From Octopus sinensis (Eukaryota), in contig NW_021833930.1 in the NCBI RefSeq assembly GCF_006345805.1, positions 1 to 64,000 on the forward strand: a DNA stretch of 64,000 nt. The letters run 5' to 3'. The translations under genes and the position numbers were made by a program. Positions within the stretch are counted from its first letter, which is position 1; the number at the start of each line of letters is the position of its first letter. Shown here piece by piece: positions 51,799 to 63,235 of this stretch. Under the pieces are notes generated by a model. The model had not been told where the DNA came from and made no database searches. It saw only the letters and a list, made by a program, of their open reading frames with translations.

Positions 51799-52059
51799 CT
51801 CATTTCTACAGCTGAGTGAACTGGAGCAATGTGAAATAAAGTATCTTGCTCAAGAGCACAACACACAGCCTGGGCTGAGAATTGAACTCAGTACCTCATG
51901 ATTGTGAACCTGACGCTCTAACCACTGAGCAATGTGTCTACTATGATAATAAACCCTTGCTGCTTCATGGAATAATATATTCTTTTATTCTTTTATTCTT
52001 TTATTGTTTTAGTCATTTGACTGCAGCCATGCTGGAGCACCACCTTTTAAAAGTGTGAG

Positions 52060-52166
52060 ATGCTTACAGCACCTAGGTTTCCCAAGTGGTCACCCATCTA
52101 AGTACTCACTAGGCTCGACGTTGCTGAACTTCAGTGATTAGATAAGGACTGGGGAATTCAATGTGG
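52060..52166 (-). pseudogene. 5S rRNA pseudogene
   Basis: Minus strand CCACATTGAA..TAATCACTGAAGTTCAGCAACGTCGAGCCTAGTGAGTACTTAGATGGGTGACCACTTGGGAAACCTAGGTGCTGTAAGCAT aligns with metazoan 5S nt ~14-120, with many transitions. Confidence 0.85.
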
Positions 52167-52414
52167 AGCATTTACAAATAGTTGAGGGAGTAAATCCATA
52201 CGGAAAATCCAAACCAAGGGGCCATAAAGTGGACGTGTAGGATTATGCTCAACCAATATTTGGCTTCCCCTGTTTGTTCCATGGATGCAGCAAATGTATT
52301 GACTTAGACTTTCTTTTGTGATATATCCATGAACAGAGAAGTGCTAAGTGTACTTGGGACTAGGCACTTGCTTCTGGAAACAAAACGAGACACAGAAGAG
52401 ATGGTTAAGAGGGA

Positions 52415-52690
52415 GAGAAGGAGAAGAAGAAGAAGAAGAAGAAGAAGAAAAGAGGACAAAAAAGAAGAAAACAGGATAAAAAGATGAAGAGGAAGAAGAA
52501 GAAGAGGATGAAAAGAAAGGCGAAGAGAAAGAAGAGAAAAGGGGATGAAAAAGATGATGAAGAAGAAGAAGAAGAAGAAGAAGAAAAAGAAAAAGAAGAA
52601 GGAGAAGAAGAAGAAGAAAAAAAGAAAAAGGAGAAGAAGAAGAAGAAAAAGAAGAAAAAGAAGAAGAAGAAGAAAAAGAAGAAGAAGATG
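52415..52690. repeat. Purine-rich (GAA)n tract
   Basis: Direct reading. Confidence 0.95.
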
Positions 52691-53559
52691 TTTGTGGGCT
52701 AGTAGTAGTGTACTTATCGATGATGAAGACAATGAGGAAGATAGAAGAGGGGGGAGGGACGGGAGGGGGGAGTCCTAGGTCAGCCCCCTGATTGATCAAT
52801 AGTATAAAATCACAGGACGTTATAGATTAAAATGAGATTTAATTTTTTGATAAGGGATTCACATCGTTTTTCTGTGTGTTTTTTTCTCATGCTTGGGGTT
52901 TTTCTTTAATTAGGATATTGATTATGTTAATTCAACCTTTTACGATTAGGGGATTTATAATTATGATGACTAAGTATTTTTATTTCTTTATAAGGAATGG
53001 AATTACATTTTTTTGCTTTTAGTAATTCTTGCTATGAATATAAATTGTTCTCAATATGTACTGGGGCGGCGGTCTGTTAGTAGTATACACATGCACACAC
53101 ACAATCTCAAACATGCACATATATATCTAATATATAAACACAAACTCAAACACATAGCTTTCTTGGGGAGACCTATTGAGTCAAGTACATCAACACCAAC
53201 ATCAAAATAAAAATCAATTGGAAATTGTAGTTAAGATACCTGTGCTGGTAACACGTAAAAAGGCAGATGCCAGCGCCGCCTGACTGGTGTCCATGTCGGT
53301 GACATGTAAAAGCACCAACCGATCGTGGCCGTTTGCCAGACTCCTCTGGCCCCTGTGCCAGTGGCACATAAAAAACACCCACTACACTCACAGAGTGGTG
53401 GCGTTAGGAAGGGCATCCAGCTGTAGAAACACTGCCAGATCAGACTGGAGCCTGGTGCAGCCTCCTGGCTTCCCAGACCCCGGTCGAACTGTCCAACCCA
53501 TGCTAGCATGGAAAACAGACGTTAAATGATGATGATGATGATGATGATGATGATATATA

Positions 53560-54375
53560 TCTAATATATAAATTCTATTCTGTCTGTCTGTTTGTGCACT
53601 TATAACTCAAGTATTGTTCATGCGATCATGCAGAAATTTTAAACATGGATACATGAGAGAGCGGGCATTTCGTTATGTAAAAAGATTTTCAAAATTGTCA
53701 GTTTCAAAGTGAGAATCACTATTTTTGTAATCTTTTTGTCCTGTTTGTTCTGCCATTAAAAGCAACGAGTTGCTCAGACAGCCGGCACATACCATTTTGG
53801 AAATAGATATTTCCTCCTCAGAACTTTCCAAGAAGTAATGCCTCCCCTTTCTCCCCTTCTTTGGAACTTTCCATGAAGTAATTCCTCCCCCTCCCCGGAA
53901 CTTACCAGGAAGTAATTCCTCTCTCCTTGGAATTTTCCGGAAATAATTCATCCACCTCCTTGAAATTTCCAGGAAATAAAATTGTCCCCTCCTTGGAACA
54001 TTCCAGTTAGTAATACTTCTCCCTCATTGGAACTTTCCAGGAAGTAATTCATCACCATCCTCAGAACTTTCCAGGAAATACATCCTCCTATCTCAGAACT
54101 TTCCTGGAAGTAATTCCTCCCATTCATCTCCCTCCTTGGAACTTTCCAGGAAGTAATTCTTCCCCTCCTTGGATCCCTCCTTTTTCTTGTGATTTCCTTT
54201 CAAATTTTGCCACTCTGCATCCATGCGTTTCCATGATTGAAGGCCTTCTTCTCCCAGCCATTTTTGGTTTTGAATTGCCATTGCTACATCTGTAACTTTG
54301 GTTTTTTTTTTCGGTAAGGTTCTTATCCATTGTAAACCTATTTTTACCTCTGAGAAGAGATGGACTATTTATTAG
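53560..54375 (+). mobile_element. Probable non-autonomous Helitron carrying a 33-bp minisatellite
   Basis: A|TCTAATATATAAATT 5' end; hairpin CTCT-GAGA-AGAG about 13 nt upstream of TTAG|T (imperfect CTRR). Confidence 0.45.
53819..54171. repeat. Ten degenerate ~33-bp units, consensus GGAACTTTCCAGGAAGTAATTCCTCCCCTCCTT
   Basis: Units start near 53819, 53863, 53897, 53929, 53962, 53995, 54029, 54063, 54095 and 54138. Confidence 0.9.
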
Positions 54376-54480
54376 TTTAGTCTTTATCCTTTTACCTGTC
54401 TGGCATGAAAGGTCCTACCAGGAGATTATGTTCTGCTGGCATAGCTCTCAGGGTCATTAAGGTGCATAAATTACCCTCCA

Positions 54481-54885
54481 TCAGACACCTACCATATTCT
54501 GAGCGCCTGTTTCCCTGGGCATGGATTCACTGAAGCCTGGTGTTCTGGCGATGGACTGGTAAACAACCACAAAGTTATCAACCCACCTCACAACAACAAC
54601 CCTGAACACTTTTTGATCTCCATGTGTCTAACACATGTGGACATGCCTACAAAGTCAGAAAACAACACAGCTCCCATGACTTTCGGAAACATTTTTTCAC
54701 GCTCAGAGTTGCTGAAGCATGGAATAAACTGCCTGCGTCAGTTTGTGACTGCCATGACACTGCATCCTTTAAGGCCTCATGCTTTCCGAAATCCGCCGAA
54801 ACTACACCTGATATATATACACTTTAGATGAGTTGTAGTGCACCTGAGCACTGTACACAATTATTATTATTATTATTATTACCAT
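54481..54885 (+). mobile_element. CR1/L2-type LINE 3' end
   Basis: ..HSSHDFRKHFFTLRVAEAWNKLP..; homologous to about 35330-35790; (ATT)n tail. Confidence 0.85.
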
Positions 54886-55299
54886 GCTGCAACAAGGATT
54901 GGACCTTGTAGTGGGGCACTTATGTTGCCTACATATTATTACAACATACCATTCATCATCCTCATCATCATCATTTCACATTTGCTTTCTATGTGGGCAT
55001 GGGTAGGATGGTTTGACAGGGAACTGGCCAGCTGCAATGCTGCATTGAGCACCAGTGTTACCTTCGGCATAGTCTCTACAGCTGGATGCCCTTCCTAATG
55101 CCACCCATTTTACAGAGTGTACTGCGTGCTTATTTTACATGGCACCAGCACCAGTGAGGTCACCAAGTAACTTGCAAAATAGAAGAAAATAAAGAAGGAG
55201 GAGAAGGAAAGAAAGAAAACCAACTCCAACTACTTTTCTCTTTTAACCATCCAATTACTCAACAACCTTGTAACTCACTCAAACCTCATTTACTTCTTA

Positions 55300-55898
55300 T
55301 TTCTTTATTGCCCACAAAGGGCTAAACATAGAGGGGACAAACAAGGACAGACAAAGGGATTCAGTCAAATATATCGACCCCAGTGTGCAACTGGTACTTA
55401 ATTCATCGACCCCGAAAGGATGAAAAGCAAAGTTGACCATGGCAGAATTTTAACTCAGAGCATAACGGCAGATGAAATACCAATTTCTTTACTACCCACA
55501 AGAGGCTAAACACAGAGAAGACAAACAAGGACAGACAAATGGATTAAGTCGATTACATCGACCCTAGTGTGTAACTGGTACTTAATTTATCGACCCTGAA
55601 AGGATGAAAGGCAAAGTTGACCATGGCAGAATTTGAACTCAGAGCATAACGGCAGATGAAATACCTATTTCTTTACTACCCACAAGGTGTTAAACACAGA
55701 GAGGACAAACAAAGGTAGACAAATAGATTAAGTCGATTACATCAACCCTAGTGCGTAACTGGTACTTAATTTATCGACCCCAAAAGGATGAAAAGCAAAG
55801 TCGACCTCGGTGGAATTTGAACTCAGAACGCAGCTGCAGACGAAATACCACAAAGCATTTCGCCCGGCGTGCTAACGTTTCTGCCAGCTCAAAGACGT
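55300..55898 (-). mobile_element. Trimeric SINE family A within one TSD
   Basis: 19-bp TSD AAACCTCATTTACTTCTTA at 55281-99 and 55899-917; three ~185-bp bodies, one head. Confidence 0.9.
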
Positions 55899-56143
55899 AA
55901 ACCTCATTTACTTCTTACCCTTGAACTAAAAGCTCTTCAGGTTGATGCTCCAGCATGGCTGCAGTCTAATGACTGAAAACGTAAAAGTAAAAGAATGAAT
56001 GATAGATATCTTGGCTAGAAAATCTTTGATCATAGGTTTGCTGGATTAGGGCCCAGTGGGGGTTTAACAAGAACAAGTCTTATTCACTTGAGAGAAGATT
56101 TGCAAAAGCTTTTGGCCATTTCAGCGCTTCCACTGACTATGTA

Positions 56144-56701
56144 TTGGGTTGTCCAGAAAATTCATGCCGAGTTATAGTAGCTTACCTTTCGACTTAGTTT
56201 AGAACATGGTTGAGTCCATAAAATAGGATTTGACTACACCTCCATTTAGAGCACAGTTTAAGTTATCTTTTCGTGGAAGAAGGTTTATGTTCCTATAACC
56301 TGTGTTAATCCTGTAACCCTTTAAAATGGAAGATAAGAAAGTTCATTTTTGGCACTTGATGCTTTGGGAACCAGACAACAATTGCTGCAGCTCGGCTGGG
56401 ATGTGTTACCCCACCCTCCATATTCACCAGATATTGCTCCTTCGGATTTCCACTTATTCAGGTGTCTACAGAATAGTCTTAATGTTAAAAATTTCAATTC
56501 CTTGAATGACGTAAAAAGATACCTTGATGAATTCTTTGCCATGAAACCACCTCAATTCTGGGAAGAAGGTATTTTCAAGTTAAAGGAAAGATGGGGACGC
56601 ATTGTGCAACAAAACGGTTCATATTTGGTTGATTAATAGCAAGTATTTATTGACCTTTTTCTTTCCTTTAAAAATCGGCACGAACTTTCCGGACAACCCA
56701 A
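56144..56701 (+). mobile_element. Internally deleted mariner (DD34D-type) element
   Basis: 27-bp TIRs (3 mismatches) with TA flanks; ORF 56349-56636 contains LGWDVLPHPPYSPDIAPSDFHLF..GIFKLKERW..NGSY. Confidence 0.95.
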
Positions 56702-57233
56702 TAATTTGAAAAAAATAAAAATGGTTTCTGGAACAGCAGTAAATAATTAGCAGCAGATCATATGCATTGTGTAGAGGGGAGGGGTGCTGACTAAGACACG
56801 CAACACCCTTCCCTCTTACCTCTCCTAGCAATGAATACGACAATAGCAACAAGATGTGAATAGCACTCTTTGATTTGCATGCATACAAAGGCTAAGTTAA
56901 GTTTGTGTTGGAACATGCAATTTTCCAGCTGAATGACTTTTTGTTTCCTACTGTGAATCACTCAGCCGTGAAGTTCTAGTGCAGCACGTGTATAGGGAGA
57001 TAGACTTTAAAGCAAGGCAAACATTTCACGTTTACACTACAACACAGGCTTGGTTGCTGGCATAGTTTATTGTTCGCTATTAAGCTGCAGAAGCAACAGC
57101 AGCAACGGCAGCAGTGACGGCAGCAGCAACAGCAGCGACAGTAGCAACATCAGCAGCACTGGTGGTGCAGCTGTGAAATCGATGAGTTTTTATTTTATTG
57201 TCTTGGAATGCTGAGTTCATATTCTCCATCAGT

Positions 57234-57626
57234 GGAGGCGCAATGGCCCAGTGGTTGGGGCAGCGGACTTGCAGTCATAGGATCGCGGTTTCGATTCCCA
57301 GACCGGGCGTTGTGAGTGTTTATTGAGCGAAACCACCTAAAGCTCCACGAGGCTCCGGCAGGGGATGGTGGTGATCCCTGCTGTACTCTTTCACCACAAC
57401 TTTCTCTCACTCTTACTTCCTGTTTCTGTTGTACCTGTATTTCAAAGGGCCGGCCTTGTCACTCTCTGTGTCACGCTGAATATCCCCGAGAACTACGTTA
57501 AGGGTACACGTGTCTGTAGAGTGCTCAGCCACTTACACGTTAATTTCACGAGCAGGCTGTTCCGTTGATTCGGATCAACCGGAACCCTCGTCGTCGTAAC
57601 CGACGGAGTGCTTCCCCCCATCCCCC
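57234..57626 (+). mobile_element. Full-length SINE family C
   Basis: 13-bp TSD ATTCTCCATCAGT at 57221-33 and 57627-39; tRNA head and body complete. Confidence 0.9.
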
Positions 57627-57838
57627 ATTCTCCATCAGTAAAATTTATTGTCAGAAAATTCCTAAACCAATGGAATAACCTCCATGCGGTTTCTCCTCGT
57701 TCCGGAGATGGCAGCCAACCAAACCTCTTTCTAGCTACACATTCTACTTTTTACCTTTTACTTATTACTTATTTCAGTCATTAGATTGTGGTCATGCTGG
57801 AGCACCGCCTCGAAGGGTTTAGTCAAACAAATCAATCC

Positions 57839-58152
57839 CATTATTTACATTATTTACATTATTTACATTCGACGGATATTTGTCCTCATCTTGTTTGTCG
57901 TTAACACAACGTGCCCACGGGTATATGGTGTAGTGGTTAAGAGTGCAGGCTACTAACCCCAAGATTCTGAGTTTGATTCCAAGCAGTGACCTGAACAACA
58001 ACAACAACAACAGCAGCAGCAACAACAACAACAACAACAGCAACAGCAGCAGCAGCAACAACAACAACAACAACAGCAGCAGCAGCAGCAACAACAACAA
58101 CAACAACAGGAGCAGCAACAACAACAACAACAACAATAATGTTAATAATAAT

Positions 58153-58217
<65 letters not shown>

Positions 58218-58421
58218 TAATAATAACATCGAAAAATACCTTAGGAATGAGAACCCAGGTTCGAAATTTCCCCAAGACACCTGAAAAAGGCTGGAGGGTA
58301 TATCAGCCAAAACGTTGTGTTAACAACAAACAAGATGAGGACAAATATCCATCGAATGTAAATAATATAAATAATGTAAATAATGTACATAATTCTTCAT
58401 CTCTTAAATATAGAACTGTAT
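57839..58421 (+). mobile_element. tRNA-headed, hammerhead-tailed element with a 5' inverted copy of its own 3' end
   Basis: TSD AAATCAATCC at 57829-38 and 58422-31; inverted arm 57840-57912 vs 58312-58384 (70/73); A-box 57926-36; B-box 57969-80; (AAC/AGC/AAT)n spacer; hammerhead motif 58275-58321. Confidence 0.8.
58275..58321 (+). ncRNA. Minimal type I hammerhead motif (core mutated)
   Basis: AGACAC-CUGAAAA-A-GGCUG(GAGGGUAUAU)CAGCC-AAAAC-GU-U-GUGUU; stems intact, G8 and G12 changed to A. Confidence 0.55.
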
Positions 58422-59286
58422 AAATCAATCCTAGTACGTATTTTAAAGTCTGGGACTTATTCTATCAATCACTCTTGACAAACTACTGAGTCATGGGATG
58501 TAAACAAACCAGCAACAGCAGCATCAATAAGTACTGGGGTTAATTCATTTAACTGAACCTTTCAAAGCAGTGCCCCTACATGGCCACAGTCCAATGAGAG
58601 AAACAAGTAAAAAGATAAATTGAAAAAAGATATAATTATGATGATGATGATGATGATGACAACAGTAGTAGAAGTAGAAAGGATAGAGACCCCCTTAGAA
58701 TCCCTGATCTGTGAATATATCCATTTTGAAGAACCCCCATGTATAAATACCAACTGTATTAGTGTGAATGATGAATCTACAAGTTTTCTTGAAACGTATT
58801 ATTAATATATAAGCAATTAAAATAATAATAAAATAAATGTGCCCTTTTGAAGCCTAGCCAGGCTCATGGGCCCGGTTTCCCGGTTTCCCGGTTTCAATGG
58901 CGTATGTGTTCCCCAGCTGGACGGGACGCCAGTCCATCGCAAGCGTTACTCACTTTTGCCAGCTGAGTGGACTGGAGCAATGTGAAATGAAGTGTTTTGC
59001 TCAAGAACACAACGCGTCGCCCAAACCAGGAATCGAAACCACAATCTTATGATCATGGTGCTGACACCCTAACCACTAAGCCACGCGCCTCCACATGTAA
59101 GCAATTAAATGACTTAAATATTAATTGCGTTGTTTACTTCATTTATTTTCTATGATAAGACGCTCTGTCTATATTACAGCCTATTCACAACAGATATATT
59201 AATAGCTCACTATGCCTATATTTGAACACAATAGATTTTGCAGAAGCAGATATTGGAGTAGTAATGTAATATATTGAACTTCATAA

Positions 59287-59680
59287 GGTGGCGAGCTGGC
59301 AGAAATGTTAGCACACCGGGCAAAATGCTTAGCGGTATTTTGTCTGTCGTTACATTCTGAGTTCAAATTCCACTGAGGTCAACTTTGCCTTTCATCCTTT
59401 CGGGGTCGATGAAATAAGTACCAATAACGTACTGGGGTCGATATAATAAACTTGATCCATTTGTCTGTCCTTGTTTGTCCCTTCCGTGTTTAGCCCCTTG
59501 TGGGTAGTAAAGAAATAGGTATTTTGTCTGTCTTTACGTTCTGAGTTCAAATTCCGCTGAGGTCAAGTTTGCCTTTCATCCTTTCGGGGTTGATAAATTA
59601 AGTACTAGTTGCATACTAGGATCGATCTAATCACCTGCCCTCTCCCCCAAAATTTCAGGCTTTGTATTGGGAGTAGGAAA
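59287..59680 (+). mobile_element. Dimeric SINE (A-tail unit + D-tail unit)
   Basis: Same junction type as 11138-11705. Confidence 0.85.
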
Positions 59681-60025
59681 GAATATATTTAGTTTCATAG
59701 AGTACATAATAACAAGCACCGTTTGAGCATAGTCGTTGCCAGTGCTGCCTGGCTGGCCCTCATCCCAGTGGCACTAAAAAGCACCCACAACACTACAGTT
59801 GGCATTAGGAAGGGCATCCTGCTATAAAAACCTTGCCAGATCAGATTGGCGCCTGGTGCAGCCATCTGGCTTGCCTGTCACCAGTCAAACCATCTAACCC
59901 ATGCCATCATGGAAAGCGGACGTTAAAGAACGATGACGATGATGATGATCACACACACACACACAAACATACACATATATGGTACACAATAGCTTACTGC
60001 TGCCCAAATCAATTATTTGCATATT

Positions 60026-60237
60026 ACTCTTTTACTCTTCTATTTGCTTCAGTCATTTGACTGCGGCCATGCTGGAGCACCGCCTTTAGTCGAGCAAATC
60101 GACCCCGGGACTTATTCTTTGTAAGCCCAGTACTTATTCTATGAGTCTCTTTTGCCGAACCGCTAAGTGACGGGGACGTAAACACACCAGCATCGTTTGT
60201 CAAGCAATGCTAGGGGGACAAACACAGACACACAAAC

Positions 60238-60285
<48 letters not shown>

Positions 60286-60444
60286 GACGGGCTTCTTTCA
60301 GTTTCCGTCTACCAAATCCACTCACAAGGCTTTGGTTGGCCCGAGGCTATAGTAGAAGACACTTGCCCAAGGTGCCATGCAGTGGGACTGAACCCGGAAC
60401 CATGTGGTTGGTAGACAAGCTACTTACCACACAGCCACTCCTGC
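60026..60444 (-). mobile_element. Full-length SINE family B
   Basis: Complete match to the family. Confidence 0.9.
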
Positions 60445-60790
60445 TAAATTATCCATAGATTTCTATATTGTAAACATATATGCTGGGAGTGATTATCATC
60501 CAGGAACAGCCGAGTCAGGCTGATCCCACTGAAGAGGCTTCGGCAAAAGCTGAAACTGACTGATCAGTCTAGGAATATCTCAACTGCTGCTTTTCAGTCG
60601 ATTACAGTCCCCGTTAGTATGTACGTATAAAATTATGTGCTTTGACTGCAGCGTTAGAGAATTTAGTTCTTATTTCTAGCAATGTACGTGTTTCTAACAC
60701 CCTTAGTCTTGTTTAATGACACTTATAGTTTTCCTTTTTGGTACACACTTTCTTACTGCTACCTAAATCAACTATTTATATATATATATT

Positions 60791-61124
60791 GTTTGTTCCT
60801 TCTCGAGCCATGCCTGGTTCATAAGGGCCGGTTTCCCAGTTTCCTTAGTATATAGGCTTCCCACCTGAATAGGATGTCGGTCTGTTGCAGGTGAGCTGCA
60901 AGATGCAGGACGAAAGAGTGAGAGAAAGTTGTGGTGAAAGAGTTAGCAGAAGTTCACCATTACGGACAACTCAAGTTAGAGAAGGGGTGCGTATTATACA
61001 CAAGGTTTAGGACTTTCAGAGGTACAACCCCCTAAAAATCCCCTGTGTATTATACTCAAGAGTGGGCTATACTTGAGGACTTACAGTATATACACATCAC
61101 TGCTTAGCATTGTCTCCCCATATA

Positions 61125-61168
<44 letters not shown>

Positions 61169-62731
61169 TCTTTTACTCTTTTACTTGTTTCAGTCATTTG
61201 ACTGTGGCCATGCTGGAGCACCGCCTTTTAGTTGAGCAAATCGACCCCATGACTTATTCTTTGTAAGCTTAGCACTTATTCTATTGGTCTGTTTTGCCGA
61301 ACCGTTAAGTTACAGGGATGTAAACACACCAGCATCGGTTGTCAAGTGATGTTGGGGGGGGGACAAACACAGACACACAAACATATATACACACACCACA
61401 TATATATATTAGAAATATATACATATATATAGAATATATTATATATATATATATATAGTTTGTTCCTTCTCGAGCCATGCCTGGTTCATAAGGGTGGTGT
61501 TCCCAGTTTCCTTAGTATATAGGCTCCCCACCTGGATAAGATGCCGGTCTGTTGCAGGTGAGCTGCAAGATGCAGGAGAAAGAGTGAGAGAAAGTTGTGG
61601 TGAAAGAGTTAGCAGAAGTTCACCATTACGGACACTCAAGTTACAGAAGGGTGTGCGTATTATACACAAGGTTTAGGACTTTCAGAGGTACAACCCCCTA
61701 AAAATCCCCTGTGTATTTACTCAAGAGTGGGCTATACTCGAGGACTTACGGTATATACCACATCACTGCTTAGCATTGTCTCCCCATATAACCATACACA
61801 CACGCACACACACACATACTCTTTTACTCTTTTATTTGTTTCAGTCATTTGACTGTGGCCATGCTGGAGCACCGCCTTTAGTCGAGCAAATCGACCCCAT
61901 GACTTATTCTTTGTAAGCCTAGCACTTATTCTATTGGTGGGTTTTGCCGAACCGTTAAGTTACGGGGATGTAAACACACCAACATCGGTTGTCAAGTGAT
62001 GTTGGGGGGGGACAAACACAGACACACAAACATATATACACACACACACATATATATATTTAGAAATATATACATATATATAGAATATATATATATATAT
62101 ATATATAGTTTGTTCCTTCTCGAGCCATGCCTGGTTCATAAGGGCCGGTTTCCCAGTTTCCTTAGTATATAGGCTCCCCACCTGGATAAGATGCCGGTCT
62201 GTTGCAGGTGAGCTGCAAGATGCAGGAGGAAAGAGTGAGAGAAAGTTGTGGTGAAAGAGTTAGCAGAAGTTCACCATTACGGACAACTCAAGTTACAGAA
62301 GGGGTGCGTATTATACACAAGGTTTAGGACTTTCAGAGGTACAACCCCCTAAAAATCCCCTGTGTATTATACTCAAGAGTGGGCTATACTCGAGGACTTA
62401 CGGTATATACACATCACTGCTTAGCATTGTCTCCCCATATAACATACACACACGCACACACACACATACTCTTTTACTCTTTTATTTGTTTCAGTCATTT
62501 GACTGTGGCCATGCTGGAGCACCGCCTTTTAGTCGAGCAAATCGACCCCATGACTTATTCTTTGTAAGCCTAGCACTTATTCTATTGGTCTGTTTTGCCG
62601 AACCGTTAAGTTACGGGGATGTAAACACACCAACATCGGTTGTCAGGTGATGTTGGGGGTGACAAACACAGACACGCAAACATCTATACACATACACATA
62701 TATATATTTAGAAATATATACATATATATAG

Positions 62732-62765
<34 letters not shown>
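60791..62765. repeat. Tandem triplication of a ~650-670-bp composite (SINE C tail + pogo-MITE end + SINE B half)
   Basis: Units begin GTTTGTTCCTTCTCGAGCC at 60791, 61458 and 62108; boundaries lie in (TA)n. Confidence 0.95.
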
Positions 62766-62767
<2 letters not shown>

Positions 62768-63235
62768 GATAGGCTTCTTTCAGTTTCCGCCTACCAAATC
62801 TACTCACAAGGCTTTGGTTGGTCCAAGGCTATAGAAGAGGTCACCTACACAAGGTGCCATGCAGTGGGGCTGAACCCGGAACCATGTGGTTCATAAGCAA
62901 GCTACCTACCTCACAGCCACTCCTACGCCTTACATATATACATACATATATGGTTTATGGAAGAAAAAAATTACTTTAACTTTGATAAAATAATATTCGC
63001 AATGCCTTATCTCTACTAAGTAAAGAAGCAAATGCATTAAGTAAGATTCATTTTGAAGATCTGATGAAAGACTTTGCCATTAAAAGAAGTAAGAGAAAAT
63101 GTTTGAAATATAAATAAAATGGAATCATACAAAACTCAACATTATTTTCCGTCTTACTGTTAGTTTTATTTCATTTTGAAAAATAAAAACTTATTTTATG
63201 GTTTATTATTGTTTATATTTGGAATTACATATATA

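Noticed and set aside
52304-52799. Lys/Glu- and Ser/Phe-rich ORFs
   Set aside because: (GAA)n microsatellite.
57234-57310. tRNA genes (also the heads at 32848, 36040, 50033, 57913)
   Set aside because: No complete acceptor stem, and each continues into a SINE body with a TSD; these are SINE heads.
57819-58423. Poly-Asn/Leu/Ile ORFs
   Set aside because: Trinucleotide spacer of the mobile element described above.
60880-60895. TTGCAG|GTGAG recursive-splice-like motif (3 copies in the triplication)
   Set aside because: Weak polypyrimidine tract; it is part of a SINE tail.
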